64,000 bases of DNA from Alphaproteobacteria bacterium (GTDB taxonomy: Bacteria; Pseudomonadota; Alphaproteobacteria; CALKHQ01). The DNA is taken from NCBI GenBank assembly GCA_965227515.1, contig CBDDFZ010000001.1:64001-128000 (forward strand). Direction: 5' to 3'. Numbering within the stretch: position 1 is the first letter of the stretch; each line of letters begins with the position of its first letter. Below, in pieces: positions 39,705-54,791 of the stretch. The notes under the pieces are model-generated. The model saw only the letters and a program-made list of their open reading frames with translations. It searched no databases and was not told the DNA's origin. The position numbers and the translations under genes are program-made.

Positions 39705-41407
39705 CGGCCACGCCGCCGCCTGCAGGCCAGCACGCGGTGGCGCCCGCCTGGACCCACAGAACAGCGGACTGGTTTGCCGGCCTGACCGGCCTGCGCCGCC
39801 TGGGCATGGCGTTCCTGGCCGGCGCGCTGTCGGCGGTCGCGATGCCGCCGCTATATGCATTTCCGGCGCTGTTCGTCGGGCTGATCGTGTTCGTGTGGAT
39901 CGCCGACGGCACGCTTGCCGCGCGCAAGCCGCGGCGCAGCGCGTTCTGGACCGGCTGGTTCTTCGGCTGGGGCTATTTCATCGTCGGCCTGTGGTGGGTC
40001 GCCAACGCCATGCTGGTCAACGCCGACCGCTGGTGGTGGATGATCCCGTTCGCGATCGCCGGCCTGCCGGCGCTGCTGGCCGTGTTCTGGGGCATCGCGC
40101 TGACCTTCTGGCGCTTCTGGGCCCGGCGCGGCCGCGCGCGGATTCCGGCGCTGGCGGTGGCGCTGGCCCTGGCCGAGTGGCTGCGCGGCCACGTGCTGAC
40201 CGGCTTTCCGTGGAACCTGCCCGGCCAGACCTGGGGACCGTTCGACAGCCTGCTGCAGTCGAATGCCTGGATCGGCGCCTATGGGCTGACCGCGCTGACC
40301 CTGCTGGCCGCCGTATCGCTGGCGGTATTTGTGCCGTCGCGGGCCGAACGCATGGCTGGCGCGGCGGCGACCGGGCGCTGGTGGCTCTTTCCCGCCGCGA
40401 TGGTCGTGGTCTTCGCACTGATGGCCGTCGGCGGGCACATCAGGCTGGGCGGCGCGCCGGCGATCGACCCAGATGCGGACGGGCTCCGGGTGCGCCTGGT
40501 GCAGCCCAACATCGGCCAGGCCGAGAAGTGGGAAGACGTCCGCCGCATCCCCAATGTTTACGACCAGATTGCCCAGTCACAGGGCGACGGCCTGGACGAC
40601 ATCGACCTGGTGATCTGGTCGGAGACGGCGGTCACCTTCCCGGTCGACCTGGACCCGGACTGGCTGGCCCAGCTCGCGGCGGCGGCCCCGCCCGGCGGCC
40701 ACCTGCTGACCGGCGTGCTGCGCGCCGAGCCGGCGACAGCCCCCGCCGACCAGGACGACGCGGCACAGTCGGTCCCCAACGCCAATGCCACGCCGCCCCC
40801 GCCGCGCCTCTATAACTCGATGCTGGTGGTCGACGACCAGGGCCAGGCCGTGGCGCACTACGACAAGAGCCATCTGGTCCCGTTCGGCGAATACATGCCC
40901 GGCGGCGAGCTGCTGTCGTTCATGCTGGTCACCGGTGGCGGCTTCACCCCGGGGCCCGGCATCCAGACTTTGGCGCTGGACGGCGTGCCGGCGTTCAGCC
41001 CGCTGATCTGCTACGAGGTCATCTTCCCCGGCGCGGTGACGTCGGGCGACGGCCCGCGCCCGGAATGGCTGCTGAACATCACCAACGACGCCTGGTACGG
41101 CGACAGTCCCGGCCCGCGCCAGCACTTCCAGATCGCGCGCCTGCGCACGATCGAGGAAGGCATGCCGCTGGTCCGTGTGGCCAACACCGGCATTTCCGGC
41201 GCGGTCGACGCCTATGGCCGCGTCATCGACACCGTGCCCCTGGTGACATCGGGCGTGCTGGACGTGACTGTGCCGCCGCCATTGCCGGACGGCACCCTCT
41301 ACACCCTATGGGGCGATCTGCCGTTCTTGCTGCTCTGCGTTGCGGTGCTGGCCGCGGGCTTGTTCGTGCGCCCCGTATTGACCGCGGCCACCGGCAGCGT
41401 AAGTTGA
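39701..41407 (+). CDS. lnt: Apolipoprotein N-acyltransferase
   Basis: GFPWN, WSET, YDKSHLVPFGEY, ICYE, TNDAWY. Confidence 0.95.
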   Translation: MTATPPPAGQHAVAPAWTHRTADWFAGLTGLRRLGMAFLAGALSAVAMPPLYAFPALFVGLIVFVWIADGTLAARKPRRSAFWTGWFFGWGYFIVGLWWVANAMLVNADRWWWMIPFAIAGLPALLAVFWGIALTFWRFWARRGRARIPALAVALALAEWLRGHVLTGFPWNLPGQTWGPFDSLLQSNAWIGAYGLTALTLLAAVSLAVFVPSRAERMAGAAATGRWWLFPAAMVVVFALMAVGGHIRLGGAPAIDPDADGLRVRLVQPNIGQAEKWEDVRRIPNVYDQIAQSQGDGLDDIDLVIWSETAVTFPVDLDPDWLAQLAAAAPPGGHLLTGVLRAEPATAPADQDDAAQSVPNANATPPPPRLYNSMLVVDDQGQAVAHYDKSHLVPFGEYMPGGELLSFMLVTGGGFTPGPGIQTLALDGVPAFSPLICYEVIFPGAVTSGDGPRPEWLLNITNDAWYGDSPGPRQHFQIARLRTIEEGMPLVRVANTGISGAVDAYGRVIDTVPLVTSGVLDVTVPPPLPDGTLYTLWGDLPFLLLCVAVLAAGLFVRPVLTAATGSVS

Positions 41408-41432
41408 CTGACGTATGTAACCACCTTTCCCT

Positions 41433-41471
41433 GGTTGACTGAATACATAAGTATGACGTATTCAGCCAACC
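41433..41471. promoter_or_regulatory. Inverted repeat overlapping a TTGACT -35 upstream of the XRE gene
   Basis: ggttgactgaatac-N11-gtattcagccaacc (13 of 14 positions paired). Confidence 0.5.
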
Positions 41472-41646
41472 GGTTGCTCGCAGACTCGGGCCATTGGCCG
41501 CTCGAGGCGCGTCCTGTCCATTTGCCCGCACAGGTATGGCGGCACATGGCCAGTGTGGCCCGTCGGGCGGCATGATGCAGGACGGTTGGGGGGATGGGAA
41601 TTTTCCCATCGCCGGATTGCTGTGCTTGACGGAGGTTCCAGTCACG

Positions 41647-42114
41647 ATGCCCGCACCGAAGAAGAAGCGAATCGACACGACACGGCGCGGACGCGGTGGC
41701 AAGCCGCACCCGGTGGACATGCATGTCGGATCGCGGGTGCGCCTGCGCCGGACCCTGCTCGGCATGAGCCAGGAGAAGCTGGGCGAGGCCATCGGGCTGA
41801 CGTTCCAGCAGGTCCAGAAATACGAGCGCGGCGCGAACCGCATCGGATCGTCGCGGTTGTACGAGTTGAGCCGGGTTCTGGACGTGCCGGTGTCGTTCTT
41901 CTTCGACGACATGCCGGACGATGTGGCGGCGGGCGACTACAGCGGCGGGCTGATGGAAGGCACGGACGAGTATGATGCCGGCGATCCGCTGACCAAGCGC
42001 GAGACCCTGGAGCTGGTCCGCGCCTACTACAAGATCACCGATGCGCCGGTCCGCAAGCGCCTGTTCGAATTGACGAAGTCGCTGGCCAAGGCGAACGAGG
42101 ACCCGGCGGGCTGA
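41647..42114 (+). CDS. XRE-family HTH regulator
   Basis: VDMHVGSRVRLRR...GLTFQQVQKYERGANRI. Confidence 0.92.
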   Translation: MPAPKKKRIDTTRRGRGGKPHPVDMHVGSRVRLRRTLLGMSQEKLGEAIGLTFQQVQKYERGANRIGSSRLYELSRVLDVPVSFFFDDMPDDVAAGDYSGGLMEGTDEYDAGDPLTKRETLELVRAYYKITDAPVRKRLFELTKSLAKANEDPAG

Positions 42115-42291
42115 ACGCCGCGTCCGGCCGGTCGTTCCGTGTCGATTGATCCAAGGCGCTTGACGACGCACCTGACGGTTGCGTAAGTAGCCCGCCGATT
42201 TGGGCAGCGCCGTGTGGCGCACGAATGTCCGTAGTGCGGCATTCCACACTGCAGTTTTCCAGACACAGCAACGATACATTCTCCGGGGGTC

Positions 42292-43467
<1,176 letters not shown>

Positions 43468-43489
43468 GCGACGCCGCCCGGCTGCGCCA

Positions 43490-44221
43490 ATGCCGGAAGC
43501 ACCCCCGCCCGACAAGACGCCGATCCGACGGGTCTATGGTCGTCGCGCCACCCGCAAGCTCCGGCCCGGACTGCAACGCCGGCTGACCGAGGATTTGCCG
43601 CGGCTCGCCGTGCCCATGCGGCGCGCGGCAGATGGCGGCTGGCAACAGATCGACCCCGCCACGCTGTTCGCACCGGCGGTGCGCGAGATCTGGCTGGAAA
43701 TCGGCTTCGGGGCCGGCGAGCACCTGGCATGGCAGGCCGCACACAACGCCCAGGCCGGTGTCATCGGCTGCGAGCCCTACAGCAACGGTGTGGCGAGCCT
43801 TCTGCGCTATGTCGCCGAGCAGGGCCTGGCCAACGTGGCCGTCCACCATGGCGATGTGCGCGACGTGATCGACGCGCTGCCCGATGCGTCGTTGTCGCGC
43901 GCGTTCATCCTGTTTCCGGACCCCTGGCCGAAGCGCCGCCATCGCGACCGCCGCATCGTGTCGCCCGAAACGCTGGACACCCTGGGCCGCGCGATGGCCG
44001 ACGGCGGCGAATTGCGGCTGGCCAGCGACGACCCGACCCAGATCGCCTGGATGCTGCAGACCGCGCCGGCGCACCCGCTGTTTCAGTGGCACGTGAGCGG
44101 ACCGGCGGACTGGCAGACCCGCCCCGACGACTGGCCGGAGACCCGTTACGAGGCGAAAGCGCGCGCCGCGGGGCGTGCGCCGGTGTTCCTGCGGCTGCGC
44201 CGCCGGCGAAGAAAAGCTTGA
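43490..44221 (+). CDS. trmB: tRNA (guanine-N7)-methyltransferase
   Basis: LEIGFGAGEH, FPDPWPKRRH, TRYEAKA. Confidence 0.95.
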   Translation: MPEAPPPDKTPIRRVYGRRATRKLRPGLQRRLTEDLPRLAVPMRRAADGGWQQIDPATLFAPAVREIWLEIGFGAGEHLAWQAAHNAQAGVIGCEPYSNGVASLLRYVAEQGLANVAVHHGDVRDVIDALPDASLSRAFILFPDPWPKRRHRDRRIVSPETLDTLGRAMADGGELRLASDDPTQIAWMLQTAPAHPLFQWHVSGPADWQTRPDDWPETRYEAKARAAGRAPVFLRLRRRRRKA

Positions 44222-44301
44222 AGTTTTCCGCCAAACGACCATAAATAGCCGTGGATGCACAAACGCTGAGCATCTGCTCCGACAAACCGTGATCTAACGC
44301 G

Positions 44302-44325
44302 GGTGGGCGAAAGCCCGCCTTTTTT
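44302..44325 (+). terminator. Intrinsic terminator hairpin in the rimP leader position
   Basis: ggtgggc-gaaa-gcccgcc followed by T6, upstream of rimP-nusA. Confidence 0.75.
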
Positions 44326-44397
44326 GTTTTGCAAGCGCGGTGTCCCGGGGCCGCCCGGATACCGGGCACGAACGATTTGAGACTTGAGCCGATTTTT

Positions 44398-44997
44398 ATG
44401 GTGGCTGTCGCGGAAGGAATTGGCGCGCGGGTCGCGCGGGAGATCGAGCCGTCGCTCGAGGCGATGGGCTTCATGCTGGTGCGGGTTCAGTTGTCCGGCA
44501 CCGGCACCCGCACGCTGCAGATCATGGCCGAGCCGCTGGATGGGCGGACGATGACCGTGGACGATTGCGCGGAAATCAGCACCAACGTGTCGGCGCTGCT
44601 GGACGTGTCCGATCCGATCAGCGGGCGCTACCAGTTGGAGGTGAGTTCGCCCGGCATCGACCGGCCGCTCACCCGGCCCGTCGACTTCGCCCGATTCGCC
44701 GGGTTCGTCGCCCGCATCGAGCTCGGCACGCCGCTGGATGGGCGCAAGCGCCTGAAAGGGCGGTTGATCGGCGCCGACGACGCCACCGCGCCGGCGCGGG
44801 TGACCGTCGACGTTGACGGCGCGCGACTGGAGCTGGAGATCGGCCATATCGCGCGCGCCAAGCTGGTGATGACCGACGACCTCGTGGACGCGGCCACCAA
44901 GGGATTGCTGCCGGCACCGGGCGATGCGCCGCCCGCCGGCACCGCCGAGGCCCAGAACGAGGCCGAGGGCGGTATCGATACACATGCGCGGAACTGA
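44398..44997 (+). CDS. rimP: Ribosome maturation factor RimP
   Basis: TLQIMAE, DDCA.IS, YQLEVSSPGIDRPL. Confidence 0.95.
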   Translation: MVAVAEGIGARVAREIEPSLEAMGFMLVRVQLSGTGTRTLQIMAEPLDGRTMTVDDCAEISTNVSALLDVSDPISGRYQLEVSSPGIDRPLTRPVDFARFAGFVARIELGTPLDGRKRLKGRLIGADDATAPARVTVDVDGARLELEIGHIARAKLVMTDDLVDAATKGLLPAPGDAPPAGTAEAQNEAEGGIDTHARN

Positions 44998-45053
44998 GGC
45001 CGAAACAGGACCGGACGATAAGGTCCGAGGCCCGAACCAGGGGTAACAAGCTC

Positions 45054-46697
45054 ATGGACGATTTTGCGATCAAGCGGACCGACCTTCTGCAAGTGGCGGA
45101 TACGGTCGCGCGGGAAAAGGCGATCGACCGGGAGGAAGTGGTCGTGGCGCTGGAGCAGGCCATCCAGAAGGCCGGCCGGTCCAAGTACGGCCAGGAGCAC
45201 GACATCCGCGCCACCATCGACCGGCGCTCCGGAGAGATCACGCTGGCCCGCTATCGCGAGGTCACCGACGAGATCGAGAACGAGATGACCCAGATCACCC
45301 CGGCCGAGGCCCAGGCGATCCAGCCCGGCATCGAGGCCGGCGAGTTCATCATCGAGCCGCTGCCGCCGATCGACTTCGGCCGCGTTGCCGCCCAGACCGC
45401 CAAGCAGGTGATCTTCCAGAAGGTCCGCGAGGCCGAGCGCGCGCGCCAGTACGAGGAATTCAAGGACCGCGTCGGCGAGATCGTCAACGGGCTGGTCAAG
45501 CGGGTCGAGTTCGGCAATGTCGCCGTCGACCTGGGCCGGGCCGAGGCCGTGCTGCGCCGCGATGAGTTGCTGCCGCGCGAGAACTTCCGCAACGGCGACC
45601 GCGTGCGCGCCTATATCTATGACGTGCGCCAGGAAGTGCGCGGCCCGCAAATCTTCCTGTCGCGCACCCACCCTGAGTTCATGAAGCGCCTGTTCAGCCA
45701 GGAGGTGCCGGAGATCTACGACGGCATCATCGAGATCCGCGCGGTGGCGCGCGACCCCGGCAGCCGGGCGAAGATCGCGGTGCTCTCCAACGACAGCTCC
45801 ATCGACCCGGTGGGTGCGTGCGTCGGCATGCGCGGCAGCCGCGTGCAGGCGGTGGTCGCCGAACTGCAGGGCGAGAAGATCGACATCATCCCGTGGTCGC
45901 AGGACCCGGCGACGTTCCTGGTCAATGCGCTGGCGCCGGCCGAGGTGACCAAGGTGGTGCTGGACGAGGAAACCCAGCGCATCGAGGTGGTGGTGCCCGA
46001 CAGCCAGCTCAGCCTGGCCATCGGCCGCCGCGGCCAGAACGTGCGCCTCGCCTCCCAGCTCACCGGCTGGGACATCGACATCATGACCGAGGACGAGGAA
46101 AGCGAGCGCCGGCAGCAGGAGTTCCGCGCGCGCAGCCAGCTGTTCATGGAGGCGCTGGACGTCGACGACGTGATCGCGCACCTGCTGGTGACCGAGGGCT
46201 TCTCCACCATGGAGGAGCTGGTCCTGGCCCCGACCCACGAGCTGGCCGAGATCGAAGGCTTCGACGAGGATGTTGCCAGCGAACTGCAGCGGCGCGCCAT
46301 CGGCTTCCTGGAGGAGCGCGAGCGCCAGCAGACCGAGCGCAGCCGCGAACTGGGCGTTACCGACGAGCTGGCCGCCATCGAGGGCCTGACGCCGGCAATG
46401 CTGGTCAAGCTGGGCGAGAACGAGATCCGCACCCGCGACGACCTGGCCGATCTGGCCGGCGACGAGCTGGTCGAGATTCTGGGCGACGGCTCGCTGACCC
46501 TGGACAGCGCCAACGAAATCATCATGACGGCGCGGGCGCACTGGTTCGACGACGAGCCGGCAGCGGCCCCAACCGGCGAAGCCGCGGCCGAGGAAACCCC
46601 AGCCGAGGAAACCCCAGACGAGAAAACGGCGACGGACGAGGCGGTGGCTGCCGCCGAAAGTGCGGGCGACGCCGCCGGCGAGGAAGTACAGGCCTGA
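45054..46697 (+). CDS. nusA: Transcription factor NusA
   Basis: [36 protein letters not shown]. Confidence 0.98.
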   Translation: MDDFAIKRTDLLQVADTVAREKAIDREEVVVALEQAIQKAGRSKYGQEHDIRATIDRRSGEITLARYREVTDEIENEMTQITPAEAQAIQPGIEAGEFIIEPLPPIDFGRVAAQTAKQVIFQKVREAERARQYEEFKDRVGEIVNGLVKRVEFGNVAVDLGRAEAVLRRDELLPRENFRNGDRVRAYIYDVRQEVRGPQIFLSRTHPEFMKRLFSQEVPEIYDGIIEIRAVARDPGSRAKIAVLSNDSSIDPVGACVGMRGSRVQAVVAELQGEKIDIIPWSQDPATFLVNALAPAEVTKVVLDEETQRIEVVVPDSQLSLAIGRRGQNVRLASQLTGWDIDIMTEDEESERRQQEFRARSQLFMEALDVDDVIAHLLVTEGFSTMEELVLAPTHELAEIEGFDEDVASELQRRAIGFLEERERQQTERSRELGVTDELAAIEGLTPAMLVKLGENEIRTRDDLADLAGDELVEILGDGSLTLDSANEIIMTARAHWFDDEPAAAPTGEAAAEETPAEETPDEKTATDEAVAAAESAGDAAGEEVQA

Positions 46698-46743
46698 GGC
46701 GCACGACGACGTGGCATTGAGCGCAAGCACAGCACTGGCCGAC

Positions 46744-47511
46744 ATGGGCGCGCCTGACGAACGCCGCGAGGACGGCATCGTGCCCGAGGACGGCATTTTG
46801 AACGGCGGCCCAGACCAAAAGCACGCGGCCGACCACGGGCCCGAGGACGAGCAGGGCCCGGAGCGGCGCTGCATCGTGACCGGCGCGCGTGCCCCGCGCG
46901 ATGCGCTGTTGCGCTTCGTCGCGTCGCCGGACGGCGACGTGGTGGTGGACCTGGATGCCAAGCTTCCCGGTCGCGGCCTGTGGGTCACGCCGTCGCGAGA
47001 GGTCGTCGAGACCGCGGTGCGCAAGGGTGCGTTTGCCCGTGCCGCCCGCCGCGCGGTGCGGGTGGACAGCAGCCTGCCGGCGCGTGTCGAGGCGATTCTG
47101 GTCGACCGTCTCGTCGACCTGATCGGGTTCGCGCGCCGGGCCGGAATGGCCGTCTGCGGGTACGAAACCGTGAAGGCCCGCTTGCACTCCGGCACCGCTT
47201 CGGTCTTATTGTCTGCGTCCGACCGTGATGGCGATGGGCCATCTCGGTTGCGTCGGGCGTCCGCCGCGGCAGGAGTGCGGGTCGTTGCCGCGTTGACGTC
47301 CGAGGAATTGGGCCGCCCATTCGGACGGTCTGACGTCGTCCATGCCTTGCTGTCGCAGGGCCGTCTCGCCGATCACGTGGTGGCCGGCGCTGACAGGCTG
47401 TTGCAGTATCGCCCGAAGGGGTTGGCCGGTGGCGGGCCGACCGACGACGGGCCGACCGAAATTGATGCCGGCGCAGGTGTGCCGGCTGGAGTATCGAACG
47501 TAGATGAGTGA
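46744..47511 (+). CDS. YlxR (DUF448) RNA-binding protein fused to an L7Ae-like domain (start uncertain)
   Basis: [20 protein letters not shown]; ARRAG.AV.G...EELG..FGR; located between nusA and infB. Confidence 0.85.
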   Translation: MGAPDERREDGIVPEDGILNGGPDQKHAADHGPEDEQGPERRCIVTGARAPRDALLRFVASPDGDVVVDLDAKLPGRGLWVTPSREVVETAVRKGAFARAARRAVRVDSSLPARVEAILVDRLVDLIGFARRAGMAVCGYETVKARLHSGTASVLLSASDRDGDGPSRLRRASAAAGVRVVAALTSEELGRPFGRSDVVHALLSQGRLADHVVAGADRLLQYRPKGLAGGGPTDDGPTEIDAGAGVPAGVSNVDE

Positions 47512-50062
47512 CGACCAGAAAGAAAAGACGAATAAGCCCCTGAGTTTGTCGGGTCGCGGTCGCCTGCAGCTCAACCGGCCTGTCGAGACCGGTCAGGTGC
47601 GACAGAGCTTTTCGCATGGGCGCAGCAAGACCGTGGCCGTCGAGGTGAAGCGCAAGCGCACGGTCGACCGCCCCGTCGTGGAGACGGCGAAGGGATCGGG
47701 CCGTTCCGGCAAGGGATCGACCGCGCCCTCCGGCCTGACCGACGCCGAGCGGGAGACCCGCGTCCGCGTCGTGCAGCAGGCGCAGGAACAGGCGAAGCTG
47801 CGCCAGGCCGAAGAGGAAGAGGCCGCGCGCCGCGCGGAAGAGGAAGCCAAGCGCGAGGCCGAGCGCAAGGCGCGCGAGGCCGAGGAGCGTGCGAAGGCAC
47901 CGCCGCCGCCCGAGGAGCCGGCGCCCGCGCCCGAAGCAACGCCCGAGGCCGAGGCGGACACGCCGCAGCCCACGGCCGCGCCCGCTCCGCCGGCCGGCGA
48001 CGACCAGGGACGCGCCGTCAAGCGCGGCCCGGCCCGTGCGCCCGCGCAGACCTCGGCGCCCGCCCAGACGCCCGAAGATGCCGACCGGCGCGACGACCGT
48101 CGCCGCACCGACCAGCGCCGCGTTGCCGGCGGCCGGCGCGGCGAGCAGCGCCGTCGTTCCGGCAAGCTGACCATCGCCCAGGCCCTGGACGACAATGCGG
48201 AGGAGAGGCAGCGGTCTCTGGCCGCCGTCCGCCGCGCGCGCGAGCGCGAGAAGCAGCGGCAGATGGACGATCAGAACCGTGGCCAGCAGGAGCGCAGCAA
48301 AGTGATCCGTGACGTGGTGATCCCGGAATCGATCACGGTCCAGGACTTGGCCAACCGCATGGCGGAACGGGCCGCCGACGTGATCAAGGCCCTGATGAAA
48401 AGCGGCATGATGGTGAACATCAACCACGTGCTGGACGCCGATACGGCCGAGCTGATCGTCGAGGAATTCGGCCACCGCTTCCGCCGGATCAGCGAATCCG
48501 ACGTGGAGATGGGCCTGGAGGGTGGCCCCGACGAGGACGAGACCCTGCTGTCGCGGCCGCCGGTGGTGACCGTGATGGGTCACGTCGACCACGGCAAGAC
48601 CTCGCTGTTGGATGCGTTTCGCAAGTCGAACGTCGCCGCGCGCGAGGCCGGCGGCATCACCCAGCATATCGGCGCCTATCAGGTGAAGACCGAGAGCGGC
48701 CACCTGATCACCTTTATCGATACGCCGGGCCACGAGGCGTTTACCGAGATGCGCTCGCGCGGCGCCAAGGTGACCGACATCGTGATCCTGGTGGTCGCGG
48801 CCGACGACAGCATCCAGCCGCAGACGGTGGAGGCGATCCGCCACGCCAAGGCGGCCGAGGTGCCGATTGTGGTGGCGATCAACAAGATCGACCGCCCCGA
48901 CGCCAACATCGACAAGGTGCGCACCGACCTGCTGACCTACGAGATCCAGGTCGAAGAGATGGGCGGCGACGTGCTCGACGTACCGGTATCGGCGTTGAAG
49001 GGCACCAATCTCGACAAGCTGGAAGAGGCATTGGTTCTGCAGTCGGAACTGATGGACCTGAAGGCCAACCCCGACCGCGAGGCCCAGGGCGCGGTGGTCG
49101 AGGCCCAGGTCGAGCGCGGCCGCGGCACCGTCGCGACCGTGCTGGTCCAGCGCGGCACGCTGCGGCAGGGCGACATCGTGATCGCCGGCACCGAATGGGG
49201 CCGAGTGCGCGCGCTGCTGAACGACGAGGGCGAGCAGATCGAGGAGGCCGGACCATCGCAACCGGTGTCGGTGCTCGGCCTGCAGGGCACGCCGGCGGCC
49301 GGTGACGATTTCCAGGTCATCGACAGCGAGGCCCGTGCCCGCGAGATCACCGAGTTCCGGGCGCGCAAGCTGCGCGAGGCCGACAGTGGCGGCGCCCCGC
49401 GCGGCACGCTGGAGCAGATGTTCAGCGCCATCAAGGCGGGCGAGGCCAAGGACCTGCCGGTGGTGATCAAGGCCGACACCCACGGTTCGCTGGAAGCCAT
49501 CAGCGCCTCGCTGGAGAAGCTGTCGAACGACGAGGTCACGGTGCGCGTGCTGCACGCTGCGGCCGGCGGCATCAACGAGTCCGATGTCGGCCTGGCCAAG
49601 GCAAGCCAGGGCCTGATCGTCGGCTTCAACGTCCGCGCCAATCCGCAGGCCCGCGAGATGGCCAGCCGCGACGGCATCGACATCCGCTACTACTCGGTGA
49701 TCTACGACATCATCAACGACGCCAAGGCCCTGGTGCAGGGCATGATGGCGCCGACCGAGCAGGAGAATTTCCTGGGCTACGCGGAGATACGCGAGGTGTT
49801 CTCGATCTCCAAGACCGGCAAGGTCGCCGGTTGCCGCGTGACCGAGGGCATGGTGCGCCGTGGCGCGCGCGTGCGCCTGCTGCGCGACAATGTCGTGGTG
49901 CACCAGGGCGCGCTGTCGTCGCTGCGCAGGTTCAAGGACGAGGTCCGCGAGGTCCAGAACGGCTACGAGTGCGGCATGGCGTTCGAGAACTACCAGGACA
50001 TCCAGGTCGGCGACGTCATCGAGTGCTACGAAGTGCAGCACGTGGCGGCGGAGATCGACTAG
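47504..50062 (+). CDS. infB: Translation initiation factor IF-2
   Basis: [20 protein letters not shown]. Confidence 0.98.
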   Translation: MSDDQKEKTNKPLSLSGRGRLQLNRPVETGQVRQSFSHGRSKTVAVEVKRKRTVDRPVVETAKGSGRSGKGSTAPSGLTDAERETRVRVVQQAQEQAKLRQAEEEEAARRAEEEAKREAERKAREAEERAKAPPPPEEPAPAPEATPEAEADTPQPTAAPAPPAGDDQGRAVKRGPARAPAQTSAPAQTPEDADRRDDRRRTDQRRVAGGRRGEQRRRSGKLTIAQALDDNAEERQRSLAAVRRAREREKQRQMDDQNRGQQERSKVIRDVVIPESITVQDLANRMAERAADVIKALMKSGMMVNINHVLDADTAELIVEEFGHRFRRISESDVEMGLEGGPDEDETLLSRPPVVTVMGHVDHGKTSLLDAFRKSNVAAREAGGITQHIGAYQVKTESGHLITFIDTPGHEAFTEMRSRGAKVTDIVILVVAADDSIQPQTVEAIRHAKAAEVPIVVAINKIDRPDANIDKVRTDLLTYEIQVEEMGGDVLDVPVSALKGTNLDKLEEALVLQSELMDLKANPDREAQGAVVEAQVERGRGTVATVLVQRGTLRQGDIVIAGTEWGRVRALLNDEGEQIEEAGPSQPVSVLGLQGTPAAGDDFQVIDSEARAREITEFRARKLREADSGGAPRGTLEQMFSAIKAGEAKDLPVVIKADTHGSLEAISASLEKLSNDEVTVRVLHAAAGGINESDVGLAKASQGLIVGFNVRANPQAREMASRDGIDIRYYSVIYDIINDAKALVQGMMAPTEQENFLGYAEIREVFSISKTGKVAGCRVTEGMVRRGARVRLLRDNVVVHQGALSSLRRFKDEVREVQNGYECGMAFENYQDIQVGDVIECYEVQHVAAEID

Positions 50063-50087
50063 CAGTCAACGCGCCTATCCCCAATTC

Positions 50088-50203
50088 CGTCATGCCCGCA
50101 CTTGTTGCGGGCATCCACGTCTTGCATCATTTGCACTGGTAAAGACGTGGATACCCGGGTCTCGGTCCGCCGGAAATTCGGCCGGACCGGCCCGGGCATG
50201 ACG
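50088..50203. repeat. CGTC-tagged REP doublet (family B) with an expanded right arm
   Basis: cgtcatgcccgcacttgttgcgggcatccacg...cgtggatacccggg[extra hairpin]cccgggcatgacg. Confidence 0.85.
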
Positions 50204-50345
50204 AGAGAATGTTGTTTCGACGACCATGCCTGAGAATACGCGCTCGGCATTCCTTTGGCCGAACAGCAGCGCAATCGCCTCCCTCGCGACATCGCAAATC
50301 GAGCGGTCATCGATAGGCCAATTTATCCGGAAGCAACGTATTGTC

Positions 50346-50765
50346 ATGAGCACCCCCCACGACACCGGGCCATCGCAGCGCCAATTGCGGGTGGCCGAAG
50401 CCATTCGCCACGCCCTGGCCGACATCCTGCTGCGCGGCGACTTTCGCGATCCGGCGCTGGCCAACACATCGATCACCGTGACCGAGGTGCGGATCAGCCC
50501 CGACCTGAAGCATGCACGCGTGCTGGTGTTGCCGCTGGGCGGTGTCGCCGCCGACGAGGCGGTGGCGGCCCTAAGCCGGGCGGCGCCCTATCTGCGCGGC
50601 CAGCTCAACCGCCACACCCGGCTGCGCAGCCTGCCCCGCCTGCAGTTCATTGCCGACGACCGGTTCGCGGAGGCGGAGGCGGTGAACGCCAAGCTGCGCA
50701 CGCTCGACCTGCCACCGGAAATCGACCAGGACGAGGACGACGAAACCCCTGCGAGGGAGGCCTGA
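50346..50765 (+). CDS. rbfA: Ribosome-binding factor A
   Basis: SQRQLRVAE.IRHAL, VTEVRISPDLKHA, P.LQF..D. Confidence 0.95.
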   Translation: MSTPHDTGPSQRQLRVAEAIRHALADILLRGDFRDPALANTSITVTEVRISPDLKHARVLVLPLGGVAADEAVAALSRAAPYLRGQLNRHTRLRSLPRLQFIADDRFAEAEAVNAKLRTLDLPPEIDQDEDDETPAREA

Positions 50766-50767
50766 TC

Positions 50768-51781
50768 ATGCGGCAGCGACGCGCGAAGGGCCGCCCGATC
50801 GACGGCTGGCTGGTGCTCGACAAGGATGGCGGCATGACGTCGACCGACGCCGTCAACGCGCTGAAGCGCATCACAAATGCGCGCAAGATAGGCCATGGCG
50901 GCACCCTGGACCCGCTGGCCACCGGCGTGCTGCCCATCGCCTTCGGCCAAGCCACCAAGACCGTCCAGTACATCATGGACGCGGGCAAGTCCTACAACTT
51001 CACCGTGCGCTGGGGCGAAGCGCGCGACACCGACGACGCCGAGGGCAAGGTGATCGCGACCAGCGATGTGCGCCCCGATGCGGACGCGATCCGGGCGGCG
51101 CTGCCGTCGTTCGTCGGCGAGATCGCGCAGGTGCCGCCGATCTTTTCCGCGATCAAGGTCGACGGACGCCGCGCCTATGACCTGGCCCGCGCCAACGAGG
51201 AGTTCACCCTGGAGGCGCGGCCGGTGCGCATCGACCGCTTCGAGCTGGATGAGATCGTCGATGCCGACACCGCGATCTTCTCCGTCGACTGCGGCAAGGG
51301 CGCCTACATCCGCGCGCTGGTCCGCGACCTGGCCGAGGCGCTGGGCACGTGCGGCCACGTTGCGGCATTACGCCGCACTCGCGTGGGCTCGATGACCCTC
51401 GATTCGGCGATTTCGCTGGAGACTTTTGCCGGCTTGGGGCATATATCCGAGCAATTGAAGCACCTGCAACCGGTGGCGATGGCGCTGGACGACATCCCGG
51501 CGGTTTCGCTGACCGATGAGGAAGCGGCTTGGTTGCGTAGCGGCCGGGCCGTGCAAGTGCTTCGCACCACGGATCTGCAACACGTTGCAAATCTCAGCGA
51601 TGGGGAACATGTGCGCGCCCTGATAGGCGATGCACTGGTTGCCATTGCGCGGATCGAACGTGAGGCCGAGGACACCGACACGTCCGACCCATCGCCAAGC
51701 AAGGCGGGGCCGGGCATGGTGGCATCGGTAACGCAGCTCCGGCCGGTACGTGTGATGCAACAGGACCAACGGAGTCACTGA
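50768..51781 (+). CDS. truB: tRNA pseudouridine(55) synthase
   Basis: [36 protein letters not shown]. Confidence 0.96.
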   Translation: MRQRRAKGRPIDGWLVLDKDGGMTSTDAVNALKRITNARKIGHGGTLDPLATGVLPIAFGQATKTVQYIMDAGKSYNFTVRWGEARDTDDAEGKVIATSDVRPDADAIRAALPSFVGEIAQVPPIFSAIKVDGRRAYDLARANEEFTLEARPVRIDRFELDEIVDADTAIFSVDCGKGAYIRALVRDLAEALGTCGHVAALRRTRVGSMTLDSAISLETFAGLGHISEQLKHLQPVAMALDDIPAVSLTDEEAAWLRSGRAVQVLRTTDLQHVANLSDGEHVRALIGDALVAIARIEREAEDTDTSDPSPSKAGPGMVASVTQLRPVRVMQQDQRSH

Positions 51782-52050
51782 TGTCGATTACGGCTGAACG
51801 TAAGCAAGAACTGATCGAAACCTATGGCCGCGTCAGCGGCGATACCGGGTCGCCGGAAGTGCAGGTGGCCATTCTGAGCGAACGCATTCGCAACCTGACC
51901 GACCATCTCGGCACCCACAAGAAGGACCACCACTCGCGCCGCGGCCTGCTGATCATGGTCGGCCAGCGTCGTCGCCTGCTCGACTATCTGAAGCGCAAGA
52001 ATGCGGAGCGCTATCAGTCGCTGATCGAGCAACTGGGCCTTCGCCGCTAA
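51781..52050 (+). CDS. rpsO: 30S ribosomal protein S15
   Basis: [21 protein letters not shown]. Confidence 0.98.
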   Translation: MSITAERKQELIETYGRVSGDTGSPEVQVAILSERIRNLTDHLGTHKKDHHSRRGLLIMVGQRRRLLDYLKRKNAERYQSLIEQLGLRR

Positions 52051-52112
52051 CTCTCTTGCCCCGGCGCGCAATCGACAGCATGGCCAGGGCAGTCTAAGAA
52101 CATCCGTCGGGG

Positions 52113-52137
52113 GCCACGCGAGTTTCGCGTGGCTTTT
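52113..52137 (+). terminator. Terminator-like hairpin after rpsO
   Basis: gccacgcga-gtt-tcgcgtggc-tttt. Confidence 0.6.
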
Positions 52138-52387
52138 GGCATATGCCGGTCATGGAGACCGGTTCCCGCTGCGGCCCCCGCGCCAGACCGCCCGCAGCGC
52201 CAATTCCAAAACAAAGGTCCGGCAATTCGCAGGCAGCGTGTAACGCGCTGCACGAGCGTTCCACCGATGGAACGCCAAACCGATCGGCCCCGAGAAAGAC
52301 GAACCGGCCGATCCATCGTTGCCCGACCATTGGTATCCGACCGATGGCAGCGGGCACCGATCGTAGGAAGAAGGTGAGATAGACTAG

Positions 52388-54616
<2,229 letters not shown>

Positions 54617-54631
54617 TCCGGCAATAGCTTT

Positions 54632-54662
54632 GACGCCCTCGCCCTCGCGGCGAGGGCCCATT
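54632..54662. repeat. Solo degenerate family A REP hairpin
   Basis: gacgccctcgccctcgcggcgagggcccatt, with the same gccctcgcc/ggcgagggc stem and ccat tail as 8367. Confidence 0.75.
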
Positions 54663-54791
54663 GCTATCCAGGACTGTACTGAACCAGGGAGCCTGCCACT
54701 GACCGTGGCGGGCTCCAAGTGTTGGAACTCCAGGCGTTTGAAGCTGTCCTATTGACCCTGCGCGGCGGCTGCGGGAATAGTCGTCGCCGCC

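Noticed and set aside
42115-42291. SAM riboswitch upstream of metK
   Set aside because: No SAM-II or SAM/SAH consensus recognisable by eye; a covariance search would be needed.
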